Shown here: in pieces, positions 17,498 to 26,005 of the stretch
Position numbering within the stretch: position 1 is the first letter of the stretch
How the letters are laid out: every line of letters starts with the position of its first letter
NCBI GenBank assembly: GCA_964536865.1
Contig: CAZHYN010000009.1
Coordinates: 1 to 32,000, forward strand
Source: an uncultured Planctomycetia bacterium
GTDB lineage: Bacteria > Omnitrophota > Gorgyraeia > Duberdicusellales > 4484-171
Length of the DNA: 32,000 nucleotides
Direction of reading: 5' to 3'
Position numbers and translations under genes: made by a program
Notes under the pieces: model-generated
Database searches by the model: none
Seen by the model: only the letters and a program-made list of their open reading frames with translations
Told to the model about the DNA's origin: nothing

Positions 17498-18997
17498 TTA
17501 CTTAATTATTTTTTTAATTTCGTCATTAAACACAAATTTAATAAAAATCGCTCCTGATAAAAATATAAATAATCCAAATGATAATAAAGAATTCATCAAA
17601 ACTTTAATTTTTAATAATGAAGAAAATAAAAATAATATAAGAAATAAGAGCAAAATGAGACACTTCTTTTGAAAATCTTTTTGAACAAAAGATTTTATAA
17701 AATCTTTCGCCTCTATTAATCGTAATTTAAATATAAAAATAACTCCAATCAATAATACAAAAAACATCCTAGTAGTCCAAGCGATAGCAGCTCCGTTGAT
17801 ATTATATTTATCTATTAAACCATATGCTAATATTAAATAAAAAGGAAGCTGTAAAAAATTTCCTATTGTTGACACGAAAGGATACCCACTTCCTTCAACC
17901 ATGGCTCCTAATAATCCTGCAAATGAACCAAAAAATATTCCTACTGTAAGACATTGAAGAATAAAAGAACTCTTTGTAAATTCTTTTCCAAGCCAAAATA
18001 CTAAAATATTCTCAGAGAATATAATAAATATTGCACCAATAAAACCCATTATTAAAAAATTGATCTTTAACCCACTAAAAAAAACTTTTTTAAATTTTAT
18101 TCTATCTTTTAAATACAATACACTATATGAAGGAAATAATACCTTTGTTAATGAAGACGGTAGTATAAGAATCTTATAAACCAAATTATAAGGAATCATA
18201 TAATAAGTGAGAACACTCGTGCTTATAAAAATTCCTATTAGAATTTTTTCTAAATACACGAGAATTGTAGATATTATATTAGAAACGAAAATCCATAAAT
18301 TAAACTTTAAAAAAGATGTAAATATATTAAATTTTAAATTAAATATTATATTTCGATTTTTTAAAATTTTTAAAATGGCTAATATTCCTAAACCCAAAGT
18401 TGATAATTCTAATCCTAATAAGCTAACCAAAATATTAGAAATGTTTAATATTTTAAATACTTTGATAATTATAACAATTATAATATTTGGAAAAATTCTT
18501 TGGATAATAATAAATAGATTTGATAAATCAAATCTAAAAAAACCTTCTATTACTCCTATCACTAGAATATTTAATAATCTAATAACTATCAAAAACGCAC
18601 AAATCTTCAATCCTAAATTTGCTTCTTTAGCCAGATTTTCTGGGATCTTGAATATTGAATTGACAAAAAAAGAAGAATAAGAATACAAAATAATACTAAT
18701 CAGTAAGGATACAAAAAAAACGAACAAAAATGAAAAACAAATCAATGACATAATTTTATCTTTTTTATTTGATGCTAAAAATTCAGCAATATATTTAGTA
18801 GTTCCTTTACCAAATCCAAAATCAAAAACAGAAAAGTTTCCTAATAAGATTAAAATAAGAGAATATATACCATATCTGTCAATTCCTAAACCATGAACAA
18901 TTATTGGTATTGTAAATATAACGACTGGTAAAGGGATGATCTTGCCAATTAAATTAATAATTGTATTTTTAACTAATAAGTGTCTTGTAATTTCCAT
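17498..18997 (-). CDS. wzx: Wzx-type oligosaccharide flippase (MOP superfamily)
   Basis: 499-aa ORF with at least 12 hydrophobic helices. The N-terminus KNTIINLIGKIIPLPVVIFTIPIIVHGLGIDRYGIYSL is typical of polysaccharide-biosynthesis flippases. Confidence 0.8.
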   Translation of the reverse strand: MEITRHLLVKNTIINLIGKIIPLPVVIFTIPIIVHGLGIDRYGIYSLILILLGNFSVFDFGFGKGTTKYIAEFLASNKKDKIMSLICFSFLFVFFVSLLISIILYSYSSFFVNSIFKIPENLAKEANLGLKICAFLIVIRLLNILVIGVIEGFFRFDLSNLFIIIQRIFPNIIIVIIIKVFKILNISNILVSLLGLELSTLGLGILAILKILKNRNIIFNLKFNIFTSFLKFNLWIFVSNIISTILVYLEKILIGIFISTSVLTYYMIPYNLVYKILILPSSLTKVLFPSYSVLYLKDRIKFKKVFFSGLKINFLIMGFIGAIFIIFSENILVFWLGKEFTKSSFILQCLTVGIFFGSFAGLLGAMVEGSGYPFVSTIGNFLQLPFYLILAYGLIDKYNINGAAIAWTTRMFFVLLIGVIFIFKLRLIEAKDFIKSFVQKDFQKKCLILLLFLILFLFSSLLKIKVLMNSLLSFGLFIFLSGAIFIKFVFNDEIKKIIK

Positions 18998-19006
18998 TTA
19001 TAAACT

Positions 19007-20320
19007 TTAAAAATTATACCTACCAAAGCTAATTAATTTTATTCTTTTATCCAATCTTTCACTATTCAATACTCTCCAACAATCTACAATCACAAGATCT
19101 GTTTTAGGATGGAAAGATTCAACCGTTTTTTTAATATATTCATCTCTAAGAGTAATCACACATAATTCAGAATTTGACAGACAAGCTTCCGGAGACTCCA
19201 CATACTCAACCGCGCTTCCAAAGAGATTTCTTGTATTATCTATTGCCAATCTATCATATGCTAAAACTACAATATCTTTCTCCAACAACCTTTTTATAAG
19301 TTTAATAGCCGGTGATTCGGTTATTACAGAGGTATTAGTCGTAAATGCCAAACCTAAAATACCAACATTTTTAAAATTATTCTTTTTTACTTCCGAATAA
19401 ACCTTTTCAAAAAGTAATTCATCTTGTATTTTGTTCACCCTATCTACCGCATGTATGATCTCCGCTTGGACACCATACTTTTTAGCGATGGTTTTATATG
19501 CCCTTATATCTCTTGGAAAACAAGTTCCACCAAATGATAATCCTCCTCGAAAATAATAAGGAGAAATCCTTTTATCCACTCCAATTGCTTCTGTTATGGC
19601 ATCAACATCTGCTCCTGGGACTTTTTCGCATAAATTTGCTATTGAATTTGCAAAACTTATCTTTACAGTAATATAGGCATTCAAACATACCTTTGCTAAT
19701 TCTGCATTGACAATTGACATACGAAATATTGGAGGATTATTTTCACACATTCTCTTATGGATACCTTCAACTATTTTCCCTGCTTCATCTGAAGATTGAC
19801 CGATTACAACAAAATCTGGTTTTAAAAATCCTTTTATTATATTCCCGAGAGCAACAAAATCAGGATCATAACAGACTGAGAATCCCTGATTAATTTTTCG
19901 ACCACTATATTTCTCTAAAAGAGGTATAAAAACTTTCTCAGTAGACTCGGGCATAACAGTGCTACTAATAACAAATAGATGTTTTTCTTTTTTGCTTGTT
20001 GAAAGAGATTTTGCTAAAGAAGTTAAAGCTGATTCTATGAATCTATTTGAAAAACTACCATCCGGCAAACTCGGCGTTGCAACAAGAATAAAAGTGATAT
20101 CTGTTTTTTCTATTGCCTCAGAATGGTTGGTAGTTGCGATTAACCTTTTTCCTCCATGTTTTTTCAAAAGTTCATCTAACCTCGGTTCATACCAAGGAGC
20201 GACACCTCTGTTTACAAAATCAACCACTTTTTCTTCAATATCTACTCCTATAACATTGAATCCTTTTTCTGCGAGACAAACTGAAAAACATAACCCAAGT
20301 TTTCCCAATCCAAATTTCAT
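19007..20320 (-). CDS. Nucleotide-sugar dehydrogenase (UDP-glucose/GDP-mannose dehydrogenase family), paralog 1
   Basis: 437-aa ORF. Dinucleotide-binding GLGKLG and the catalytic-Cys motif GGTCFPRD. About half its residues are identical by eye to the 21412-22746 paralog. Its N-terminus is about 4 aa shorter than the paralog measured from MKTLSV. Confidence 0.85.
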   Translation of the reverse strand: MKFGLGKLGLCFSVCLAEKGFNVIGVDIEEKVVDFVNRGVAPWYEPRLDELLKKHGGKRLIATTNHSEAIEKTDITFILVATPSLPDGSFSNRFIESALTSLAKSLSTSKKEKHLFVISSTVMPESTEKVFIPLLEKYSGRKINQGFSVCYDPDFVALGNIIKGFLKPDFVVIGQSSDEAGKIVEGIHKRMCENNPPIFRMSIVNAELAKVCLNAYITVKISFANSIANLCEKVPGADVDAITEAIGVDKRISPYYFRGGLSFGGTCFPRDIRAYKTIAKKYGVQAEIIHAVDRVNKIQDELLFEKVYSEVKKNNFKNVGILGLAFTTNTSVITESPAIKLIKRLLEKDIVVLAYDRLAIDNTRNLFGSAVEYVESPEACLSNSELCVITLRDEYIKKTVESFHPKTDLVIVDCWRVLNSERLDKRIKLISFGRYNF

Positions 20321-20321
20321 C

Positions 20322-20561
20322 TTTACCCAATGCCTCTGCTACAAATTTGGTCGTTGCTCGACCCAAGCCCAGGTTGAGAATGCTAAAATACCCAATAATA
20401 ATCCAAACGAGGGATAGAATTCCAAAGCGATCGGCTCCTAGACCTTTAATAACAAAAGGTATAGTAATGACTGCTACAAAAAGAGGCACTACCTGCCCTA
20501 CGAAATTCAAGACTGTATTTTTTGCTAATAGACTACCTTGTATCTTTAATCCTTCGCTCAT
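20322..20561 (-). pseudogene. 5' stump (~80 codons) of a second wzx flippase gene
   Basis: [51 protein letters not shown]...GLGRATTKFVAEALGK aligns residue-for-residue with the first ~80 aa of the intact Wzx at 17498-18997. Similarity stops exactly at the ATG of the dehydrogenase (20320). The remaining ORF (to 20235) is an out-of-frame read of that gene. Confidence 0.75.
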
Positions 20562-21394
20562 CTTTTTAACCGTTCTTTAGGCCTTGCCACTATCAACGTA
20601 TGCCAGCCAAAGTGGCGCTCCAGCCAGTGGAATAAAGGTTTTGGCATCCAGCGAAAATACCAGACCCATTCGTATTCATAGTTAATATACTTATCGATAA
20701 CATAAGGAAAGATATGCTCCTTACGCATCTCGATGATCTTAAAATCCTTCATCAAGCAGCGAATGTCACGAAACGAGTAATAGTGTGTGACAGGATAACC
20801 TGTTTGCGCTTCTGAATAGGTTCTGACTAACTCGTTCACTCGCCAAAATGCCCCTTTACCATATTTTAGAATAATCCAAAGAACTTTCCAACTCCATTTG
20901 GAATAGAGCATAACCCGAATTTCAGTATCTGGCCCACAGTACTTTTGGATTTCTTGGAAGACTCTTTCGGGATGGGGAGTATGATGGATAACCCCAAAGG
21001 AGTAAATGAGATCATAGGGTTCTATAGGCACAAAGGAACTCAATTCCTCTGCATTGCCGAGGTAAAAACGTGCTTTAAGCCCGTAAACTTCGAATCTCTT
21101 TTTACATATCTCAAGACTTTTCTCGGAGATTTCAACTACTGTAAGGTCAGCCCCAGCCCTGGCAAAATTCACGGAATCCGTTCCTATACCGCAACCGATC
21201 TCAAGCACCTTCTTGCCCTCCCATCTCTCAAACTGGGCAAAAACCGGGATGTGGGGTTCTACGAAGTACTTTCGAGCCTCTACTTCATCAAAATACTCAC
21301 GAGTGCCCACAGGCTTAGGTGAGTGTCGGATGTTGCATGGGCGACGATCCCAGAATTCTCTAACCTGTTTTACGACACCCATCTCTTCTCTCAT
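20558..21394 (-). CDS. Class I SAM-dependent methyltransferase
   Basis: 278-aa ORF with motif [13 protein letters not shown] and the downstream [15 protein letters not shown] overlap with the wzx stump. Confidence 0.85.
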   Translation of the reverse strand: MREEMGVVKQVREFWDRRPCNIRHSPKPVGTREYFDEVEARKYFVEPHIPVFAQFERWEGKKVLEIGCGIGTDSVNFARAGADLTVVEISEKSLEICKKRFEVYGLKARFYLGNAEELSSFVPIEPYDLIYSFGVIHHTPHPERVFQEIQKYCGPDTEIRVMLYSKWSWKVLWIILKYGKGAFWRVNELVRTYSEAQTGYPVTHYYSFRDIRCLMKDFKIIEMRKEHIFPYVIDKYINYEYEWVWYFRWMPKPLFHWLERHFGWHTLIVARPKERLKR

Positions 21395-21411
21395 ACCTTA
21401 TTCCTCGTACC

Positions 21412-22746
21412 CTATTTGTTTCTCCCCAATGCTATATATCTCACCTTATCGCCCAATTTTTCTGGCTCAAGCATCCTCCAGCAGTCAATAATAATTGTAG
21501 GGTTATGAATAACAAATATATAATCAATGGTCTTAAACTCATCATAAGGCAAAGTGAATATCCAATAAGATGAACTGGAAAGACATTCTTTTAGAGAAGA
21601 AGCGTATTTGATAGCATCACCAAATGCCGCTTTTGTGTTGTCCATTGCAAGGGGGTCATATACAGTAATTTCCATATCATGCTTTAGGAGGGCATCTATA
21701 AGTTTTATCGCCATTGATTCTTCTATAACAGGAGTATTTGGTTTATAAGCAAGCCCTAAAATTGACACTTTCCTGTCTTCGGGAAGGTGCTTTAAGACTA
21801 ATTCTTTTAAATGACTAATTTGATATTGATTCATCTCGTCTGTTGCCTTAGCCAATTTGGCTTCATATCCATACTTTTGGGCAAAGGCTGCAAAGGCACG
21901 GTTATCCCTAGGGAAGCAGGGGCCTCCATAGGCAGGACCCCCTTTAAGATAATAAGGCGAAACTCTCTTGTCTGCCCCTAAGGCCCTTGTTATTGCATCA
22001 ATATCTGCCCCTTCTATTTTTTCACAGATATTTGCAAGGGTATTGGCAAAGCTTATTTTCATGGTGATATATGAATTGAGGCTTATCTTTGTAATCTCTG
22101 CGCTTATGATTGACATCCTTGCAATATAAGGGCTATTTTCGCAAACTTTTTTGTAAATTTCCTCAAGTATATCTCCTGCATGTTTATCGCTTTCTCCTAT
22201 TAACACCATATCTGGATTTAAAAAATCTGTTATAACACTTCCAAGGGCAATGAATTCGGGATTATAGCATATCCCAAAGTCTTTATTCAACTTTTTTCCA
22301 GAGACGGCCTCTATTAATGGAATAAGGCTTTCTTCAGTAGTCCCAGGTGAAACTGTAGATACAATTACAAAAAGATGATATTTTTTATTAAGTTTTTTTA
22401 GTGCTTGAGAGAGAAAACTCAAAGCATCCCTTAGAAATTTATCTGAAAAATGTCCATCTTCTCTACTTGGCGTAGGCACAACCAAAAAGGTTACATCTGA
22501 ATTGCTTATGGCTTCTTCATAGTCCTGAGAGCCTTTTAGTCTTCCTTTAGAAGCGGTTATTAGCTCCTGAAGCCTTGGTTCACAAATTGGGGCTTTTCCG
22601 TTATTAATAGCGTCTATTAAATTCCTGTTAATATCAATACCTATTACGTTATAACCCTTATAAGCAAAACACGCTGCTGTGCATGCACCAAGTTTACCCA
22701 AACTGACAACAGATAAAGTTTTCATAAAAGCTTCCTTTTTATTCAT
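21412..22746 (-). CDS. Nucleotide-sugar dehydrogenase (UDP-glucose/GDP-mannose dehydrogenase family), paralog 2
   Basis: 444-aa ORF with SLGKLG, the catalytic GGPCFPRD motif, and ILGLAYKPNT in the C-terminal domain. The ATG at 22746 makes an ATGA overlap with the epimerase stop. An alternative start is MKTLSV at 22725. Confidence 0.9.
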   Translation of the reverse strand: MNKKEAFMKTLSVVSLGKLGACTAACFAYKGYNVIGIDINRNLIDAINNGKAPICEPRLQELITASKGRLKGSQDYEEAISNSDVTFLVVPTPSREDGHFSDKFLRDALSFLSQALKKLNKKYHLFVIVSTVSPGTTEESLIPLIEAVSGKKLNKDFGICYNPEFIALGSVITDFLNPDMVLIGESDKHAGDILEEIYKKVCENSPYIARMSIISAEITKISLNSYITMKISFANTLANICEKIEGADIDAITRALGADKRVSPYYLKGGPAYGGPCFPRDNRAFAAFAQKYGYEAKLAKATDEMNQYQISHLKELVLKHLPEDRKVSILGLAYKPNTPVIEESMAIKLIDALLKHDMEITVYDPLAMDNTKAAFGDAIKYASSLKECLSSSSYWIFTLPYDEFKTIDYIFVIHNPTIIIDCWRMLEPEKLGDKVRYIALGRNK

Positions 22747-23738
22747 TCTTCATTTCTTTTTAGATATTTTAATTTAACTTGTTCTTCTATCCAAGCATAT
22801 GTTATCTCAAGTCCCTTTCTCAGAGGAACTAAGGGTTTCCAACCTAATTTTTCATATATTAATCTATTATCAGAATTTCTTCCTCTCACACCCTGAGGGC
22901 CTGGAATATGTTTGATTCTAAGTTTTACTCCCGCTATTTCCATTATCATTTCAGCAAGTTGGTTTATTGTAACCATTTCCTCTGATCCAATATTTACAGG
23001 ACCGGTAAAATCTGACCTCATTAACCTTAATGTTCCTTCAATACATTCATCTATATAAAGGAAAGATCTTGTTTGTTTTCCATCTCCCCATATTTCAATA
23101 TAGTCTTCACCTTTAAGTTTAGCTATAGCAACTTTTCTACATATAGCAGCTGGTGCTTTTTCCCTTCCTCCCTGCCAAGTTCCTTCAGGACCAAAAATAT
23201 TATGATATCTGGCAATTCTTACCTTCATTCCATAATTGCGATGAAAAGCTAAATACAATCTTTCACTGAATAATTTTTCCCAACCATATTCACTATCTGG
23301 ATAAGCTGGATAGACAGAGTCTTCTGAACACTTTGGATTATTTGGATCTTCTTGATTATATTTAGGGTACATACAAGCCGAAGAAGAATAAAAAATTCTT
23401 TTTATATTTCTTCTATAACAAGCTTCCAGCATGTTAAGATTTATTAAAGCAGAATTATGCATTATGTCGGCGTCATTATCTCCAGTAAATACAAAACCTG
23501 CTCCTCCCATATCTGCTGCTAATTGATAGACTTCATCAAATTTTATATCTGTAACATATCTACATACATAAGGATCTCTCAAATCTCCAATAATGAAATC
23601 ATCAGCTGCTGTTTCTGAAAATTCTGGATACTTTAAATCTACACCTCTTACCCAAAAACCTTCTTTCTTTAGTCTTTTAACAAGATGACTACCAATAAAT
23701 CCTCCCGCCCCACATACAAGTGCTTTTTTTTGTAGCAT
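22743..23738 (-). CDS. GDP-mannose 3,5-epimerase-like NAD-dependent epimerase (extended SDR)
   Basis: 331-aa ORF. Long collinear matches to my memory of plant GME: GAGGFIGSH, AADMGGAGF, SSACMYP, GGREKAPAAICRK, WGDGKQTRSFLYIDECIEG, PVNIGSEEMV, HIPGPQGVRGRNSDN, KLGW. Strong SD AGGAGGAGG lies 4 nt upstream. Confidence 0.8.
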   Translation of the reverse strand: MLQKKALVCGAGGFIGSHLVKRLKKEGFWVRGVDLKYPEFSETAADDFIIGDLRDPYVCRYVTDIKFDEVYQLAADMGGAGFVFTGDNDADIMHNSALINLNMLEACYRRNIKRIFYSSSACMYPKYNQEDPNNPKCSEDSVYPAYPDSEYGWEKLFSERLYLAFHRNYGMKVRIARYHNIFGPEGTWQGGREKAPAAICRKVAIAKLKGEDYIEIWGDGKQTRSFLYIDECIEGTLRLMRSDFTGPVNIGSEEMVTINQLAEMIMEIAGVKLRIKHIPGPQGVRGRNSDNRLIYEKLGWKPLVPLRKGLEITYAWIEEQVKLKYLKRNEE

Positions 23739-23742
23739 CGTT

Positions 23743-23751
23743 CCTCCTCCT
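23743..23751 (-). promoter_or_regulatory. Shine-Dalgarno AGGAGGAGG for the first biosynthetic gene
   Basis: Plus-strand CCTCCTCCT at 23743-23751, 4 nt from the ATG at 23738. Confidence 0.6.
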
Positions 23752-23900
23752 AGTTAAAATTATAATACCATCTATTTTATATTTAACCCCCCAGTGATTA
23801 TCTGTAAAATAGAGGCTAAGAAAGATAAAATTTTATTTCTCCTCTTTTCTAGAACGAAAATAAGTTTTCATAATTCATTTATTAATTTAATTACACTTTC

Positions 23901-24314
23901 TTAACTAAAATTACCCTGCCCTACTCCTTTGTACTCTTTGTAAGTTCTCAATCTCTCCCATTCCTGTTTCAAGTAATTATACTCCGCCTCAGCTCGTTTT
24001 AAGAAATAGTAGGTTAAACGAACTTTTTCTTTAAAACCCTTAGGAGTTAATATATAGCTTATCTTCTTAATCTTACCAGGACGATGGGAGAAATTTTTTG
24101 CCTTTATTAACCCTTTTTTTATAAGTTTCCGCAGAAGGTAATTGGTTTTGCCTAAGGAAATATTCAATTTTGAGGAAAGTTGGCGTTGAGTAACATCAGG
24201 GGATTTAGAAAGCTCAGAAAGAAGATAGAATACCTCTTCTTTTAGCTGATCTTTAGAATTCAGATTTAGAAGCCTTTTTCCCTCTATACCTGGTTTACAA
24301 ATTTCTTGCTGCAT
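23901..24314 (-). CDS. MarR-family, EPS-locus-associated winged-helix transcriptional regulator
   Basis: 137-aa ORF. TQRQLSSKLNISLGKTNYLLRKLIKKGLIK followed by YILTPKGFKEK fits the EPS-associated MarR subfamily. It sits directly upstream of the polysaccharide operon. Confidence 0.75.
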   Translation of the reverse strand: MQQEICKPGIEGKRLLNLNSKDQLKEEVFYLLSELSKSPDVTQRQLSSKLNISLGKTNYLLRKLIKKGLIKAKNFSHRPGKIKKISYILTPKGFKEKVRLTYYFLKRAEAEYNYLKQEWERLRTYKEYKGVGQGNFS

Positions 24315-24329
24315 AAATACTACAAATTG

Positions 24330-24346
24330 TGTTCATATGATGAACA
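24330..24346. promoter_or_regulatory. Palindromic operator candidate TGTTCAT-ATG-ATGAACA
   Basis: Perfect 7+7 inverted repeat at 24330-24346, between the predicted -10 (24349-24354) and the MarR ATG (24314). Confidence 0.4.
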
Positions 24347-24348
24347 AT

Positions 24349-24377
24349 ATTCTATTACTACACAATAAATCTGTCAA
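24349..24377 (-). promoter_or_regulatory. Sigma70-like promoter TTGACA-N17-TAGAAT for the MarR gene
   Basis: On the minus strand, TTGACA is at 24377-24372, followed by a 17-nt spacer and TAGAAT at 24354-24349. Confidence 0.45.
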
Positions 24378-24400
24378 TATAGTAAAGAATGGCATAGTTT

Positions 24401-24598
24401 ATCTACACCCTTACATACCTGGCGGGTGTGATTAGTTAAGCAAGTCTACACATTTTTGGTGCACCAGTGACAAGAGCACCAGTGCACCAGTTTTATTGTA
24501 GCAATCTTCCAATAACAGGTTTCGCTTTCTTTCTGTTTTTGGCTTTAATAGCAATTGTAAGTTGACAAAACAAGTATTGCTTGATCTGTAAACTTACA
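24401..24598 (-). repeat. Diverged third copy of the hairpin-rich intergenic repeat, plus a GCACCAGTG mini-repeat
   Basis: ACACCC...GGGTGTGATTAGTT (24405-24436) parallels CACACCC-N3-GGGTGTGATTGATT of copy A. A TGTAAGTT...AACTTACA hairpin lies at 24556-24598. GCACCAG occurs 3 times within 24459-24490. Confidence 0.45.
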
Positions 24599-24620
24599 TA
24601 CAAGAAGACTCTGGAGAAGT

Positions 24621-25955
24621 TTAAAATTCAAAATCCTCAAGGTCATATACTAAAAATCCTTTTTTTCTTAATATTTCTTTATTCTCTATTCTTTTTGCTA
24701 TCAGGCCCCAAAACTTCTTTTTGAAATTTTTCTTTATAACTTCTGTCTTTTCTTTTAACTTTACCAAAATATTTTCCGCCTCTTTATTTTTTAATTCTTT
24801 CCATTTACATTCAAAAAAACCTATTTTATTTTTACCTGTTGTAACTATATCAATCTCATAAGAAGTCCCTTTCTCTTTTCCCCATTGTTTACCGATTTTT
24901 ATAAATTCAAAAGGTAAGTATTTTCTTTTCTCGATAAGAAACTCCATAGATATTTTCTCAAAGACATACCCTAAATATTGATTGTATTCTTTTTTTATCT
25001 CTCCAGCAGAAAAAATTCCCTCTTCAATAAAGGTAAGATTGGGATAAATAAATCTGAACCAGAAACTTAAAAAGTTATCTTTAAGATAATATCTTCCTTT
25101 TCTTGACTTTGTTGATCCTAATATAGGAATTCTTTTTTCTATAAATTCAGTCTCTATTAAGTTTTTCAGATAAGGAGTAATATCAGCACCTTTTAGTCCT
25201 ATATAATTTTTGATTTCTCCTAATTTAGTATTTCCTAAAGCAATTGCCTCCAGTATTTTTTTATAGGTGCTTGTATCTTTAAACTCATATTTCATAAGAA
25301 AATCTATCTCTGTTTTTAGAAATGTATCTATTTTTTTTATTTCTTTATCCAGCCACCTCCAGAAAGGATATTCTATTTTGTCTAAATAAAAAGGGATACC
25401 GTCGCTGAATCCATAGATTTCTATCAGTTCTTCCTTAGAGGCCTGGGGAAAGAAATCTTTTATCTGAAAAATTTTTAATGGTTTTAGTTTTATTTCCCCT
25501 GTTTTTCTTCCAAATAAAGGAGCCTGATAACTTAAGACTTTACTTTCCATTAAAGATATAGATGAACCTAAAAGAATAAGTTTTGTGTGGGAATCTTTTA
25601 ATATAGTATCAACTATTCTTTGAAAAAGAGAGACTATTTTGGGATTCTCTTTTATTAAATTAGGAAACTCATCTATGATAATTATTTTATTTTTCAAGAA
25701 ATTAAATAAAGCCTCCCAATCTGATTGAACATATTTTAGCTGAGGGAAATTTTTTGAGGCTACTGCTTTAAATTTTCTTAAATTATTTTCTTCTGTGGCT
25801 AAGTAGTAAATGAAATTTTTATTACGGACACTTTCTAAAGAAAGAGCGGTTTTTCCTATACGTCTTCTTCCATAAATAATATATAATTCAAATTTTTTAC
25901 TTTTTAGTTTTTCTCTTAAAGCTTCCAGTTCCTTTTCTCTATTTATAAATTTCAT
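24621..25955 (-). CDS. P-loop ATPase, Arch_ATPase (ATPase_2) + DUF234 family
   Basis: 444-aa ORF. N-terminus FINREKELEAL, Walker A GRRRIGKT, Walker B IIIIDEF. A central wHTH-like segment is followed by a C-terminal EIDIV...ECKW nuclease-fold-like DUF234 signature. Confidence 0.85.
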   Translation of the reverse strand: MKFINREKELEALREKLKSKKFELYIIYGRRRIGKTALSLESVRNKNFIYYLATEENNLRKFKAVASKNFPQLKYVQSDWEALFNFLKNKIIIIDEFPNLIKENPKIVSLFQRIVDTILKDSHTKLILLGSSISLMESKVLSYQAPLFGRKTGEIKLKPLKIFQIKDFFPQASKEELIEIYGFSDGIPFYLDKIEYPFWRWLDKEIKKIDTFLKTEIDFLMKYEFKDTSTYKKILEAIALGNTKLGEIKNYIGLKGADITPYLKNLIETEFIEKRIPILGSTKSRKGRYYLKDNFLSFWFRFIYPNLTFIEEGIFSAGEIKKEYNQYLGYVFEKISMEFLIEKRKYLPFEFIKIGKQWGKEKGTSYEIDIVTTGKNKIGFFECKWKELKNKEAENILVKLKEKTEVIKKNFKKKFWGLIAKRIENKEILRKKGFLVYDLEDFEF

Positions 25956-25977
25956 AATTTAGATTATCCTAATTTAG

Positions 25978-26005
25978 ATTATATAAATTATAAAAAGGTT
26001 GTCAA
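25978..26005 (-). promoter_or_regulatory. Near-consensus sigma70 promoter TTGACA-N16-TATAAT
   Basis: On the minus strand, TTGACA is at 26005-26000, followed by a 16-nt spacer and TATAAT at 25983-25978, about 22 nt upstream of the ATPase ATG (25955). Confidence 0.5.
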
